The position numbers were made by a program, and so were the translations under genes. DNA of 64,000 nt from contig JAXGPS010000001.1 of the NCBI GenBank assembly GCA_040766825.1, positions 13,411 to 77,410 of the forward strand, read 5' to 3'. The notes under the pieces were generated by a model, which saw only the letters and a program-made list of their open reading frames with translations, had not been told where the DNA came from and did not search any database. The stretch comes from Oscillospiraceae bacterium. GTDB taxonomy: Bacteria > Bacillota > Clostridia > Oscillospirales > Ruminococcaceae. This document shows positions 54,779 to 64,000 of this stretch, one piece after another (within the stretch, counting starts at the first letter, position 1; every line of letters begins with the position of its first letter).

Positions 54779-55972
54779 TCATCGTCCATTTTTATGCCAA
54801 CTTCCTTGTCTTAGCAACAGCATTGCTGAAACTAGCCTTTGCTGTGGGTTGTTCCAGCCATCTGGGCTGTTTGATGCTATTTTCACGTAAGGCTCTCCAT
54901 CTGATAGAATTTGTGCAGTCCCCATTTTAGCGGAGTTTGCCTCCTTGTAAATCACGAAAACATTCTTCGCTGTAATGTCAAACGTAAGCGGCTCGTTGCC
55001 CGTTCCTGCTTGATAGGTAAAACCGTTAGGGAACGGCTTAATGTTCCTCCTGCTGTAAATGAGCCTAGCGACTTAATTTGCAGGCTGTCTGAATCAAGCA
55101 AAATTGCATTTTTCGTAATCATTGCCTACAATCGGTTCGGACGGCATAGTGTAGGAAGTTTGCTGACTTGAGTAGAATTCCTCCATCTCGAAGTAATTCT
55201 CTATAAGTCCCGATACGAATTCATGCCCCTCTTTATGTGGGTGTGAACCATCATCGGAATAATCGTCCCATGTCATTTTCCCCGCCTCAAATGCCGGAGT
55301 AAGAGCATCGCCGACCGAAATCATCGGCAATTCATAATAGCTGCCCAACGTTTCCATCCAAGGTTGGCAAGTATGTCCGTTCTCAAGGATAGTGAAAAGC
55401 AGAATAACTGCCGGCTCATTCGGCTGATTGAGAATTGTTCTGATTAGACTTTCATATGACTTTTGATAGATAGCCTCGCCACCGTCATTTACTGCAAATT
55501 CGAGAAAAACAATGTCTGCATTATGCTCCAAAACATCACGCTGAACACGGAGATTTCCAAGAATAGACGGAGTTCCGCTCATTCCTGCGTTTACGTACTT
55601 TACATTTCCACCTGTTCCGTACTTTTGAGCAATCCAATTATACGAGCGTTCAGCATAACAATTCTCGCCCTTAGCGTTAAGCCCCTCTGTAATTGAGCCG
55701 CCAAGGTATGCAATAGTTACCTCCTCGCCGCTTGTCATAGCAGACAGTTTATTCATAAGACGGTATGTGTTGCCACGGCTGGTGTAGGAAAGCTGTTTCA
55801 TCGCCTCCGTCAACTCATCACCCTCAAGCGCCGATAGATTGATGTTTTCTTCTGTTTCCATCGTTACCTCTGTCGTTTCGGTCGTGGTTTCGTTTTGTGC
55901 ATCATTTGAATTGCAAGCGACTAATGAAAACACCATCGCCGCCACTGTAAGTATTGATATTATCCTTTTCAT
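54779..55972 (-). CDS. SGNH/GDSL-family hydrolase lipoprotein with C-terminal beta-sandwich extension (two closely spaced frame changes near 55070-55095)
   Basis: The lipobox is MKRIISILTVAAMVFSLVAC. The SGNH blocks are …AYLGGSITEG…, …GMSGT… and …DDGSHP…. After …CNFA* the same frame continues 6 codons later with …KPFPNGFTYQAGTGNEPLTFDI…DGWNNPQQ…. The intervening 20 nt are open in a third frame. Confidence 0.6.
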
Positions 55973-56001
55973 AGAAAATCCCTTCTATTAATTGAAAAAA
56001 A

Positions 56002-56035
56002 CAGGGGTGCAAAATGCACCCCTGTAATTTTTATT
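56002..56035. terminator. bidirectional intrinsic terminator
   Basis: caggggtgc aaaat gcacccctg flanked by an A-run and a T-run. Confidence 0.65.
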
Positions 56036-56041
56036 AGACAA

Positions 56042-57184
56042 TTAGTTGATAAGTGTCTTTTCTGTTTCCTTGTCGAAGATGTGAATCTTGTTAGGATCGA
56101 TAGCAACCTTGATTTCATCCTGTGGTCTAGCAGTAGAACGAGGTGAAACTCTAGCTGTAAGTGGGAAACCTTCACATGTGATGTAAAGATATGTTTCAGC
56201 ACCCATCATTTCTGTGATTTCAACAGAAGCATCAATGATACCTGTCTTAGCAGCAGAAAGGAACATTTCTTCGTCATGAATGTTTTCAGGACGAATACCA
56301 AGAACGATGTCCTTGTCGATATAGTCAGCAAGTACTGCTTCGTCAACCTTAGCTTCAGGAATTTCAACGTAGTACTTAACGCCTCTTGTTGTCTTAGTAT
56401 CTTCAGAGCCGAACTCAACAGTATACTTGCCGTCAACCTTGATAAGCTTAGATTCGATGAAGTTCATTTGTGGTGAACCCATAAATCCAGCTACGAACTG
56501 GTTTACTGGGGACTCGTATAGGTTCTGTGGAGAGTCAACCTGCTGAATGTAACCGTCCTTCATAACAACGATTCTATCACCCATTGTCATAGCTTCTGTC
56601 TGGTCGTGAGTTACATAGATAAATGTAGTTCCAAGTTTCTTATGGAGCTTAGAAATCTCTGTTCTCATCTGAGCACGGAGCTTAGCGTCAAGGTTTGAAA
56701 GAGGTTCGTCAAGAAGGAATACTTGTGGCTCACGTACGATAGCACGACCAAGCGCTACACGCTGTCTTTGACCGCCAGAGAGAGCCTTTGGCTTTCTGTC
56801 GAGAAGGTGAGAAATGTCAAGAATTCTTGCAGCTTCTTCAACCTTACGAGCGATTTCATCCTTTGGAGTCTTACGGAGCTTAAGTCCGAAAGCCATGTTT
56901 TCAAAAACTGTCATGTGTGGATAGAGAGCGTAGTTCTGGAAAACCATCGCAATATCTCTGTCCTTAGGCGCAACGTCATTAACGAGTCTATCGCCAATGT
57001 AAAGTTCGCCTTCTGAAATTTCTTCAAGTCCAGCGATCATACGAAGAGTTGTAGACTTACCACAACCAGATGGACCTACTAGAATGATGAATTCCTTGTC
57101 CTTGATTTCAAGATTAAAATCTGATACAGCAACAACGCCGCCTGGATATTTCTTATAAATTGAACGTAATGATAAACTTGCCAT
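56042..57184 (-). CDS. sugar ABC transporter ATP-binding protein (MsmK/MalK/UgpC type)
   Basis: An intact 380-aa ORF. It has Walker [10 protein letters not shown], signature [15 protein letters not shown], Walker [11 protein letters not shown] and a C-terminal TOBE domain. Confidence 0.9.
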   Translation of the reverse strand: MASLSLRSIYKKYPGGVVAVSDFNLEIKDKEFIILVGPSGCGKSTTLRMIAGLEEISEGELYIGDRLVNDVAPKDRDIAMVFQNYALYPHMTVFENMAFGLKLRKTPKDEIARKVEEAARILDISHLLDRKPKALSGGQRQRVALGRAIVREPQVFLLDEPLSNLDAKLRAQMRTEISKLHKKLGTTFIYVTHDQTEAMTMGDRIVVMKDGYIQQVDSPQNLYESPVNQFVAGFMGSPQMNFIESKLIKVDGKYTVEFGSEDTKTTRGVKYYVEIPEAKVDEAVLADYIDKDIVLGIRPENIHDEEMFLSAAKTGIIDASVEITEMMGAETYLYITCEGFPLTARVSPRSTARPQDEIKVAIDPNKIHIFDKETEKTLIN

Positions 57185-57310
57185 TATGGACCTCCCAATT
57201 AAATTTATTGTGCCAATACGATTTTACATTTGGCCTCTGCTAATATAATACCAAATAACTAACCTAAATTTCAATTCACTAATTACATAAACTTCTAAAA
57301 ACTTGTTTAT

Positions 57311-58078
57311 TTATTTTGACGAAAACTTAACCAAGCTTGAAAAGCAATTATCCAAAAAGTCATTAAAAGTCCAAATTTTCAAGGTTTCTTTGTGCAGAAT
57401 TTCTCTACACTCCCCCATTGCTAAATTTTGGTCTAAAATCAATCCCCCGATTTGCAAACGCTTTAAATACACAACTTCGTTTCCGAGAGCTTTGAACATT
57501 CTTTTGACTTGATGATACATTCCTTCGTGCAGAACAACAAAAACTGCATTGTCCTTCTGCTTGTGAAAGTATATTTCTGCCGGCAAACAAACATCTCCCC
57601 CGTCAATTTCCATCCCCGACCTAAACGCTTCCTCATAGCTTTGCTCGTAATCTTTTAAAAGCTCTGCGTAATAAACTTTCGGCACATGGGATTTTGGAGA
57701 GAGCATCTTGTGAGCAAATTCCCCGTCATCTGTAATGAGCACAAAGCCCTCCGTATCCTTGTCAAGCCTCCCTGCCGGAAAAAGACCGTCCCTTTTAAAT
57801 TCATCCGGAACAAGAGATAGCACACTGTTGGCAGAACGTTCGTCTTTTGTAGAACAAACAACCCCTTTCGGCTTGTTAAGCATAAGATAGATATTCTTTT
57901 TATAATTTATCTTAACTCCTTTTACAAGAACAGTATCTCCATTTATATCTATTTTTATGTCTGAAGTTTTAGGAATTTTTCCATTAACAGTGATTTCGCC
58001 TTTTTTAACTAAGATTTTCACTTGACTTCGGGAATACTCCGTTTGTGATGAAACGAATTTATCCAGTCTTTCCTGCAT
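57311..58078 (-). CDS. rsuA: rRNA pseudouridine synthase (RsuA/RluB family)
   Basis: The S4 domain is MQERLDKFVS…SRSQVKILVKKGEITVNGK. The catalytic motif is …PAGRLDKDTEGFVLITDDGEF…. Confidence 0.8.
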   Translation of the reverse strand: MQERLDKFVSSQTEYSRSQVKILVKKGEITVNGKIPKTSDIKIDINGDTVLVKGVKINYKKNIYLMLNKPKGVVCSTKDERSANSVLSLVPDEFKRDGLFPAGRLDKDTEGFVLITDDGEFAHKMLSPKSHVPKVYYAELLKDYEQSYEEAFRSGMEIDGGDVCLPAEIYFHKQKDNAVFVVLHEGMYHQVKRMFKALGNEVVYLKRLQIGGLILDQNLAMGECREILHKETLKIWTFNDFLDNCFSSLVKFSSK

Positions 58079-58108
58079 GGGCAGCCCTTCCTTCTTGCAA
58101 AATTTTAG

Positions 58109-58690
58109 TTATTTTCGCTTTTTAACAGCAAATCCAAAGTCGCCGATTTTCCTGCCTAATTTAAAGTACTCACCATGTGCGTATGCCGAAAGTCCGCATT
58201 GCTGCAAGTTTAGTTTGCCTTTTGAGTCAATGTATCTTGCTTCAACATCGACTGCGACAATTTCAGCTAAAAACATATCGTGACTGCCAAGCGGAATTAT
58301 TTGTTTTACTTTGCATTCCATAGCGATTGGGCATTCTTCAATAATCGGTGCCGAGATTTTCGAGGCTGAAACGGCGTGAAGTCCAGTTGCTTTGAACTTG
58401 TCGATTTTTGCACCCGTTCTTGCTCCGCAAAAATCTGCTGAGGCTGTAAGGGCAGATGTCGTGAGGTTTATAGCAAACTCCCCCGACTCCTTTATAATAT
58501 CGTATGAATATCTTGACGGACGGACGGAAATATAAGTCATAGGCGGATGCGTGCAAGTTATTCCTGTCCATGCGATTGTTATTATGTTCGGATTTTCAAG
58601 AGTTCCACACGTCACCATTGCCGGTGGGCAAGGCGCTAAAAGCACCGAAGGTTTCCATTCTATTTTTTTGCTTTCTACCTGTTTTTCCAT
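58109..58690 (-). CDS. flavin reductase-like (FMN-binding split-barrel) protein
   Basis: …APCPPAMVTCGT…NIITIAWTG…. The likely start is MEKQVESKK. Confidence 0.7.
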   Translation of the reverse strand: MEKQVESKKIEWKPSVLLAPCPPAMVTCGTLENPNIITIAWTGITCTHPPMTYISVRPSRYSYDIIKESGEFAINLTTSALTASADFCGARTGAKIDKFKATGLHAVSASKISAPIIEECPIAMECKVKQIIPLGSHDMFLAEIVAVDVEARYIDSKGKLNLQQCGLSAYAHGEYFKLGRKIGDFGFAVKKRK

Positions 58691-58930
58691 GTTTAACTCC
58701 TTTTTTATACCTATATGTTTATAGTGTACCATAAAAATATTTTTTTTACAAATATAATCCTATATAAGTATAAATCAAAAAATACCGACTAAAATAAGTG
58801 CGATTATTGTTTCAAAAGAAGTATGCAAACTTTTTTTGTAAATATAAACCTGCGCTAAGTATAATTCCAAAAATATAGCCTAAAATAAGTTTACTAGCAA
58901 AGCATTATTCTATTTGAAAGGAAAATTATT

Positions 58931-59641
58931 ATGAAGGATAAGAATTCAGCATTCGGAAAAATTTGGAGTGGAAAAGGTTTTATTCTTACAGTGTGCATCT
59001 GTGCAGCTGTTGTCGGAATTGTAGGCTACGTTGCCTATTCTGCAACTGCGAACAGACTTAATAACCAACTTGAAGCTCTCAGCGAGTCAACCACGGCAAG
59101 CCAGTGGGGATATGAGGACGTTGGAATTAATCAAACTGATGTACCATTAGTAGAAGTAACCACCGCTGCCCAGACCGAAGTAACCACTGAGGCTACCTCT
59201 GCTGACAAGCCTGTCGCCGTAGCCGTTCAGCCATTTATTCGCCCTCTTGTAGGAGATATTATCAATGAGTTCAGCAACGGGGAGCTTGTTAAGTCAAAGA
59301 CTCTCAATGTTTGGCAAACTCATGATGGCGTTGATATTGCCGGGGCAAACGGCGACAAGGTTAAGTCTATGACATCTGGCACAGTTACTAAGATTTATGA
59401 AGATCCTCTATGGGGCGTTTGCGTTATTATCGACCACGGCAACGGCTACGAGGGGCATTACAGAAATCTTGGCAAGGTTGTAGTTGTGAAGCTAGACGAG
59501 CAAGTGAGTGCCGGCACTGTAATCGGAACTATCGGCGACACTGCCGAATGTGAGTTGGGAGAGGTTTCTCACCTGCACTTCGGCGTTAAGCAAAACGATC
59601 AGTGGGTAAATCCGTTAACCGTAATCACTCCTGCCGAATAA
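58931..59641 (+). CDS. M23-family metallopeptidase with N-terminal membrane anchor
   Basis: A TM segment (FILTVCICAAVVGIVGYVAY) is followed by the LytM domain motifs HDGVDIAG and HLHFGV. Confidence 0.8.
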   Translation: MKDKNSAFGKIWSGKGFILTVCICAAVVGIVGYVAYSATANRLNNQLEALSESTTASQWGYEDVGINQTDVPLVEVTTAAQTEVTTEATSADKPVAVAVQPFIRPLVGDIINEFSNGELVKSKTLNVWQTHDGVDIAGANGDKVKSMTSGTVTKIYEDPLWGVCVIIDHGNGYEGHYRNLGKVVVVKLDEQVSAGTVIGTIGDTAECELGEVSHLHFGVKQNDQWVNPLTVITPAE

Positions 59642-59653
59642 TTAAAAAGAACG

Positions 59654-59697
59654 ACAACTGACCTCCAGCCGTTTCAGGTTGGAGGTCAGTTGTTTTA
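59654..59697. terminator. bidirectional intrinsic terminator
   Basis: A 13-bp stem acaactgacctcc…ggaggtcagttgt followed by a T-run. Confidence 0.7.
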
Positions 59698-59703
59698 AAA
59701 ATG

Positions 59704-60879
59704 TTATTTATTTAAGTAAGCTAGATTTTTTCGTATCAAGTCACACCTCTGCTGTACGCAGTCAACACTCCTTAGTGCGTCATATGGGGTGTTAAAGGTA
59801 TAGTCAATAAGTTTTTCAATAGTAGTTGTCGCTACATGAACTCGTGTATCAGATGATGCGTAGTAGATGTAAACATCGCCGTTTTCTCTTGCAATTGCGC
59901 CGTTTGTGAACACCACGTTTGAAACATCTCCGACTCTTTCTTCGCCGTGTGGGGCAATGAAAACGCCCGATGGGCTTGCAATAAGCTTTGATGGATCGTT
60001 TAGGTCTGTTGCAAAGACATATATAACGTATCTTAGTCCTGCTGCTGTATTTCTCACTCCATGTGCAATATGAATCCAGCCCTTTTCAGTCTTTATCGGA
60101 ACAGCGCCTGCTCCGTTCTTTGCCTCTGTAATGGTGTGGTAAAGTCTTGGACTTACAACCACTTCCTGCTCGGTAATTACCGGATTTGTTATATCCTCGC
60201 ACTTTCCGTAGCATACCCCTCCACCGGAGCCTGTTTGAATAAAGTCGTCTTGAGGTCTTGTGTAGAAAGCATACTTCCCGTCCACAAATTCAGGGTGAAG
60301 AACTACGTTTCTTTGTTGTGGGGAGTTTGTTTTTAGGTTAGGCAACCTCTCCCATGTTTTCAAGTCGTGCGTACGCACAATGCCTGCCGCAGCCGTTGCA
60401 GCAGATAAATCCGAGGTCGAAGTGTCTTTGCTTTCCGAACAGAAAACTCCGTAAATCCAACCGTCTTGATGCTTTGTAAGACGCATATCGTATACGTTTG
60501 TTTCTTCCCTTTCAGTATCAGGAAGCTCCACCGGGAAGTCCCAAAATCTAAACCCATCAACGCCGTTGTCACTTTCAGCAACTGCAAAGAATGACTTTCT
60601 GTCGTTACCCTCAACCCTAGCTACAAGATAGAACTTGCCATCAAGCTCTATTGCCCCGGAATTAAGGACAGCATTAATCCCAAGCCTCTCCATAAAATGA
60701 GGGTTTGTTTCGGGGTTGAAGTCATATTTCCAGATGAGAGGTGCGTGGGCAGCAGTGAGAACAGGGTTTTCCCACTTTTCATATATTCCGTTGTAGAAAT
60801 CGGTTTTTGTATTCTTCTTTGAGATTAGTTCTTCGTATTTTGAAGTTTGTTCGTTATATTTTTTTATGAATTCGGACAT
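59704..60879 (-). CDS. glycoside hydrolase family 130 (beta-mannoside phosphorylase-type)
   Basis: It starts [11 protein letters not shown]…. GH130 five-bladed propeller motifs are …[33 protein letters not shown]… and …[17 protein letters not shown]…. Confidence 0.8.
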   Translation of the reverse strand: MSEFIKKYNEQTSKYEELISKKNTKTDFYNGIYEKWENPVLTAAHAPLIWKYDFNPETNPHFMERLGINAVLNSGAIELDGKFYLVARVEGNDRKSFFAVAESDNGVDGFRFWDFPVELPDTEREETNVYDMRLTKHQDGWIYGVFCSESKDTSTSDLSAATAAAGIVRTHDLKTWERLPNLKTNSPQQRNVVLHPEFVDGKYAFYTRPQDDFIQTGSGGGVCYGKCEDITNPVITEQEVVVSPRLYHTITEAKNGAGAVPIKTEKGWIHIAHGVRNTAAGLRYVIYVFATDLNDPSKLIASPSGVFIAPHGEERVGDVSNVVFTNGAIARENGDVYIYYASSDTRVHVATTTIEKLIDYTFNTPYDALRSVDCVQQRCDLIRKNLAYLNK

Positions 60880-61018
60880 TTTAAATCCCTCCGTAGTTTG
60901 ATTTATATAAGTATAACATATTCTCACTTTAATTTGCAAATATATTGACGATTTATCTGCATTGTGATAAACTAAGTCTGTTCGTTTTAAAAAGCATTCT
61001 AAAAAAGGAAACTAAAAA

Positions 61019-61999
61019 ATGATTTATTTCTTATACCTTATTATAGCTGCGGTTGTTGTGGTTTTTTCTATTAAAGTCGCCGGCTACGTTGACCTTATTG
61101 AAAAAAAGTCCACCCTTTCAGGGGCATTCATCGGCGGTGTAATACTCGCTGCTGTAACAAGCTTGCCTGAATTAATAACCAGCATTTCCTCCGTTATGAT
61201 CTTGAAAACCCCTCAGCCGGGGCTTGTTCTTGGGAATATACTCGGAAGTAATGTGTTCAATCTGTTCACCTTTGGTGTTATCGGCATGATTTTCTCCAAA
61301 AAATTAGCTGGTTCTGCCATATCAAAGAGCCATAACGCTTCCGTAATAACAAGTCTTTTCGCATATTGCGCTTGCGTATTGACTATTTTCGCTGGACTAG
61401 AGTATGTTATTCCGGTGATTAATATGAGCACTCTTTCCATCGTGCTATTTATACTATATATTATTGCAATCGTTTCAATGAAAGGCGATACCGATGATGA
61501 AGAAAAAGAGGATACAAGCCCTCTTTCACTAAAACAGGTCGTTTTCAGATTTGTTCTTTGCGCTATCGGTCTTGTTGCATCAAGTATTGCAATCACTTAT
61601 GTTACAGATATTATTGCTGTAAGGCTTGATCTCGGAACTACATTTGCAGGGGCGCTATTCCTTGGTATTGCAACGTCTTTGCCGGAACTCAGCTCGTCTA
61701 TTGCGCTTGCGAAAATGGGCAATTTCAACGCTCTTACGGGCAACATCGTTGGAAGCAACATCTTCAATTTCGCAATCCTCACCTTTACAGACCTTATCTA
61801 TCGCACCGGCGGAATTTACGGGAAAAATGATCAAGCAAAGCCGCTTATCTTCTTCGGAGTTGTCGCAAGCATTGCAATGATGCTCTTTATTGCGCTTAAA
61901 AGCGGCAAGAAAAAGATTACGGCAAGAGCGCCTTTCTTCCTTTTATCGCTAATCATTTCGGGAAGTTATATTGCGTATTTGGTTTTTAGTGTAATGTAG
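61019..61999 (+). CDS. CaCA-family sodium/calcium exchanger-type membrane protein (YrbG-like)
   Basis: Two alpha-repeat regions: …GGVILAAVTSLPELITSI… and …GALFLGIATSLPELSSSIALAKMGN…. Confidence 0.85.
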   Translation: MIYFLYLIIAAVVVVFSIKVAGYVDLIEKKSTLSGAFIGGVILAAVTSLPELITSISSVMILKTPQPGLVLGNILGSNVFNLFTFGVIGMIFSKKLAGSAISKSHNASVITSLFAYCACVLTIFAGLEYVIPVINMSTLSIVLFILYIIAIVSMKGDTDDEEKEDTSPLSLKQVVFRFVLCAIGLVASSIAITYVTDIIAVRLDLGTTFAGALFLGIATSLPELSSSIALAKMGNFNALTGNIVGSNIFNFAILTFTDLIYRTGGIYGKNDQAKPLIFFGVVASIAMMLFIALKSGKKKITARAPFFLLSLIISGSYIAYLVFSVM

Positions 62000-62272
62000 T
62001 TTTGGATTATAACAGTATTTTAACATTTTTAAAATCGACTAGCGAAAAATAAACTTTTCTCAAAAATTGTTTATTTTTCGCTATTTTGCTTTTAATCTGA
62101 TGTAATCGTATTTTTGAAACGTTTAACTATCTATTTTCACTATATTAGCTATATTAAATATAGCAGATTGTTTTATTGACACAGCGATTTATTTGATATT
62201 ATTAACAACGGGATACATCTGTTTATATACAATATGAGGAGAATATTGTAATTTTTAATTTAGGAGGAAACA

Positions 62273-63679
62273 ATGAAAAACAATATTAAAAGAATTATTG
62301 CTGCTTCTCTAGCGGCAACAACAGTTTTCAGTCTTGCTGCTTGTACTGGCGGCGAAGCTGCTGAAACAACTCCGGCAACAACTATCGACAATCCTTTGGA
62401 CGAAGAGGACAAAGCTGCTCTTGAAGAAGTTGGTGTTGACCTTCTCACAGGAGAACTTGAAAACAAAACTATTAAGTGGCTTTCTAACTGGGACATCAAC
62501 CCTGACTCATCAGGTAAGAAAACTCCAGTAGAACTTGAGCTTTTCCAGACAAAGTTCGGAGGTATCGTTGAATACTATGCTTCTGACTGGGGTACTCGTT
62601 ACACAGACCTTTCAACTCACGTTCTTGGCGACACTGGTATCGATTTCTTCCCTGCCGGCGACCTTGACGGTTTCCCTATGGGTGCTATTAGCGGTATGTT
62701 CCAAGGATTTGATGATTATGTTGATTGGGACTCACAGCTTTGGAGTGAAGTTAAGCCTATCGCTGATATGTTCATGTGGGGCGATGATCACTACATAATC
62801 GCTACCGCTACTACTGACGGACCTGTTGTTATCTTCAATCAGCAAACTTTTGAAGAATACGGTCTTGATAACCCTGTTGAACTTTTCGAAAATGGTGACT
62901 GGACTTGGGACACATTTAAGCAGCTGCTTATGGATTACTGCGATCCTGACAACGGTCTTAACGGTATTGACGGTTGGTACACAGAAGCTGCTCTTATGAA
63001 GACAACTGGTGTTCCTGTTGTTGACATCAAGGACGGCAGACTTATTTCTAACATCGGCAACTCTGACGTTGAAAGAGTTATGAACTTCATGGCTGACCTT
63101 TACAACAACAACCTTGTAATTGACAAGTCACAATACGACTGGGCTGAACAGCCTCAGTTCATCGGCGAAGGTAAGGATCTATTCTATCCATGTGGTCTAT
63201 GGGCTCTTTACGGCGCTCCTGATACATGGCAGGTTAAATTCGGCGACGATGTTATGTTCGTTCCAATGCCTAGGGACCCTGAAGCTGACGCTTACTACCT
63301 ACCTGCTGGCGTTGACGGCTACTTCCTATGTAAGGGCGCTCAAAACCCAGAAGGCGTTATTAAGTTCGCTGAATGTAAAATGGTTGCTAACAAGGATGAA
63401 ACAGCTATCGCTATTGGTGAAGCTGAACTAAAATCAACATACGGCTGGACAGACGAAATGGTAGAAATGAAGCAGACTGTTCTTGATATGACTCTTGAAA
63501 ATCCTGTATTCGACTTCTACAACGGCACAAATGCTGACATCACATCTATTCTTGACAGTGGTGAAACAGGTATCCGTGCTTCCCTTCAGTCTGGTAAGTC
63601 TTGGGCTACTACAAGAGAGGAAATCGGTTCTGCTATTGCAGAATGGCTAGAGGACATCAACGTAGCTGCTGGCGTTTAA
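62273..63679 (+). CDS. extracellular solute-binding lipoprotein (family 1 sugar ABC substrate-binding protein)
   Basis: The lipobox is MKNNIKRIIAASLAATTVFSLAAC. The ORF is intact at 468 aa. RBS GGAGGA. Confidence 0.85.
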   Translation: MKNNIKRIIAASLAATTVFSLAACTGGEAAETTPATTIDNPLDEEDKAALEEVGVDLLTGELENKTIKWLSNWDINPDSSGKKTPVELELFQTKFGGIVEYYASDWGTRYTDLSTHVLGDTGIDFFPAGDLDGFPMGAISGMFQGFDDYVDWDSQLWSEVKPIADMFMWGDDHYIIATATTDGPVVIFNQQTFEEYGLDNPVELFENGDWTWDTFKQLLMDYCDPDNGLNGIDGWYTEAALMKTTGVPVVDIKDGRLISNIGNSDVERVMNFMADLYNNNLVIDKSQYDWAEQPQFIGEGKDLFYPCGLWALYGAPDTWQVKFGDDVMFVPMPRDPEADAYYLPAGVDGYFLCKGAQNPEGVIKFAECKMVANKDETAIAIGEAELKSTYGWTDEMVEMKQTVLDMTLENPVFDFYNGTNADITSILDSGETGIRASLQSGKSWATTREEIGSAIAEWLEDINVAAGV

Positions 63680-63699
63680 TTTCTATTAAAGTGTGGGCG

Positions 63700-63830
63700 A
63701 ATTCAGCGGGGGATTTAACCCCCACTGAATGAAGACCGCCTTTAATGAGGCGGGCGTTTTAACGCTCGCCCGTCGCCATCGGCGACGAGCGTTTGCTGCG
63801 GCTTTGCCGTAGCAAACAAGATTTAAGATA
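63700..63830 (+). other. GC-rich cluster of four consecutive stem-loops (multi-hairpin terminator or structured RNA)
   Basis: Four hairpins in sequence: ttcagcggggg…cccccactgaa, accgcct…aggcggg+TTTT, aacgctcgcccgtcgcc atc ggcgacgagcgtt, and tttgctgcgg…ccgtagcaaa. Local GC is about 60% against about 38% background. Confidence 0.4.
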
Positions 63831-63877
63831 AAAGGTTTTCACTTTTGAATCTATTTTAAGTAAAGGAGATTATATCA

Positions 63878-64000
63878 TGGAAAATGAATTCAACAACTTC
63901 ACTAATCCAGAAAATGACAACAACTTTGAGAGCAACATTAACACTCAGGAGAATTTCACTCCCCCGCCTATTAATGCTGTAAATAATGATAATTTAGAGT
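63878..64000 (+). CDS. 5' end of a gene encoding an Asn-rich protein (partial)
   Basis: RBS AAAGGAGA, then ATG MENEFNNFTNPENDNNFESNINTQENFTPPPINAVNNDNLE…. It runs off the window edge. Confidence 0.35.

Noticed and set aside
61213-61880. ORFs antisense to, or in an alternative frame of, the CaCA antiporter gene
   Set aside because: They sit inside an intact, well-supported membrane-transporter gene.
62260-63431. Short ORFs overlapping the sugar-binding protein gene
   Set aside because: They are alternate-frame or antisense to the intact 468-aa lipoprotein gene.

Overview
This is a low-GC (about 38-40%) chromosomal segment of a spore-forming Firmicute, Clostridia-like, in the range of Oscillospiraceae/Ruminococcaceae or Clostridium cluster IV. 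It is gene-dense (about 90% coding) and consists of housekeeping, sporulation and carbohydrate-utilisation genes. It is not a mobile island; I found no rRNA, tRNA, CRISPR array, IS element or integrase.

Genes recognised, in order:
- korDABC, encoding a 2-oxoacid:ferredoxin oxidoreductase
- a MinD/ParA-family ATPase followed by mgsA
- a T-box leader followed by a SAM-dependent methyltransferase, hisS and aspS
- an amidohydrolase and a lipoprotein C39-like peptidase
- nifS-nifU
- rnhA and a family-95 glycoside hydrolase (alpha-L-fucosidase type)
- serA-serC
- an ABC ATPase plus a large exporter permease
- pckG (GTP-dependent PEP carboxykinase)
- a 6-phosphofructokinase and a hemolysin-III family protein
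- an OmpR-family response regulator with its histidine kinase
- feoB
- a flotillin/NfeD operon
- decayed regulator and phosphatase genes
- purA
- a conserved cluster of a VTC-domain protein, a DUF4956 protein and a Cthe_2159-like beta-helix lipoprotein
- an XRE-regulated three-gene module
- a NUDIX hydrolase and a LacI-family regulator
- spoIVB-spo0A
- ilvBNC
- a cobalamin/siderophore-type ABC substrate-binding protein, an SGNH hydrolase, an MsmK/MalK-type ATPase, rsuA, a flavin reductase and an M23 peptidase
- a family-130 glycoside hydrolase (mannoside phosphorylase type), a CaCA-family antiporter and a family-1 sugar-binding protein

About 27 genes are interrupted by frameshifts or in-frame stops, and these interruptions cluster by region. 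They include essential genes (hisS, aspS, purA, serC, ilvB, korA) and spo0A. The VTC/DUF4956/beta-helix cluster, the T-box-controlled methyltransferase-hisS-aspS unit, a degenerate tandem-repeat relic and several structured intergenic elements are the most notable items.
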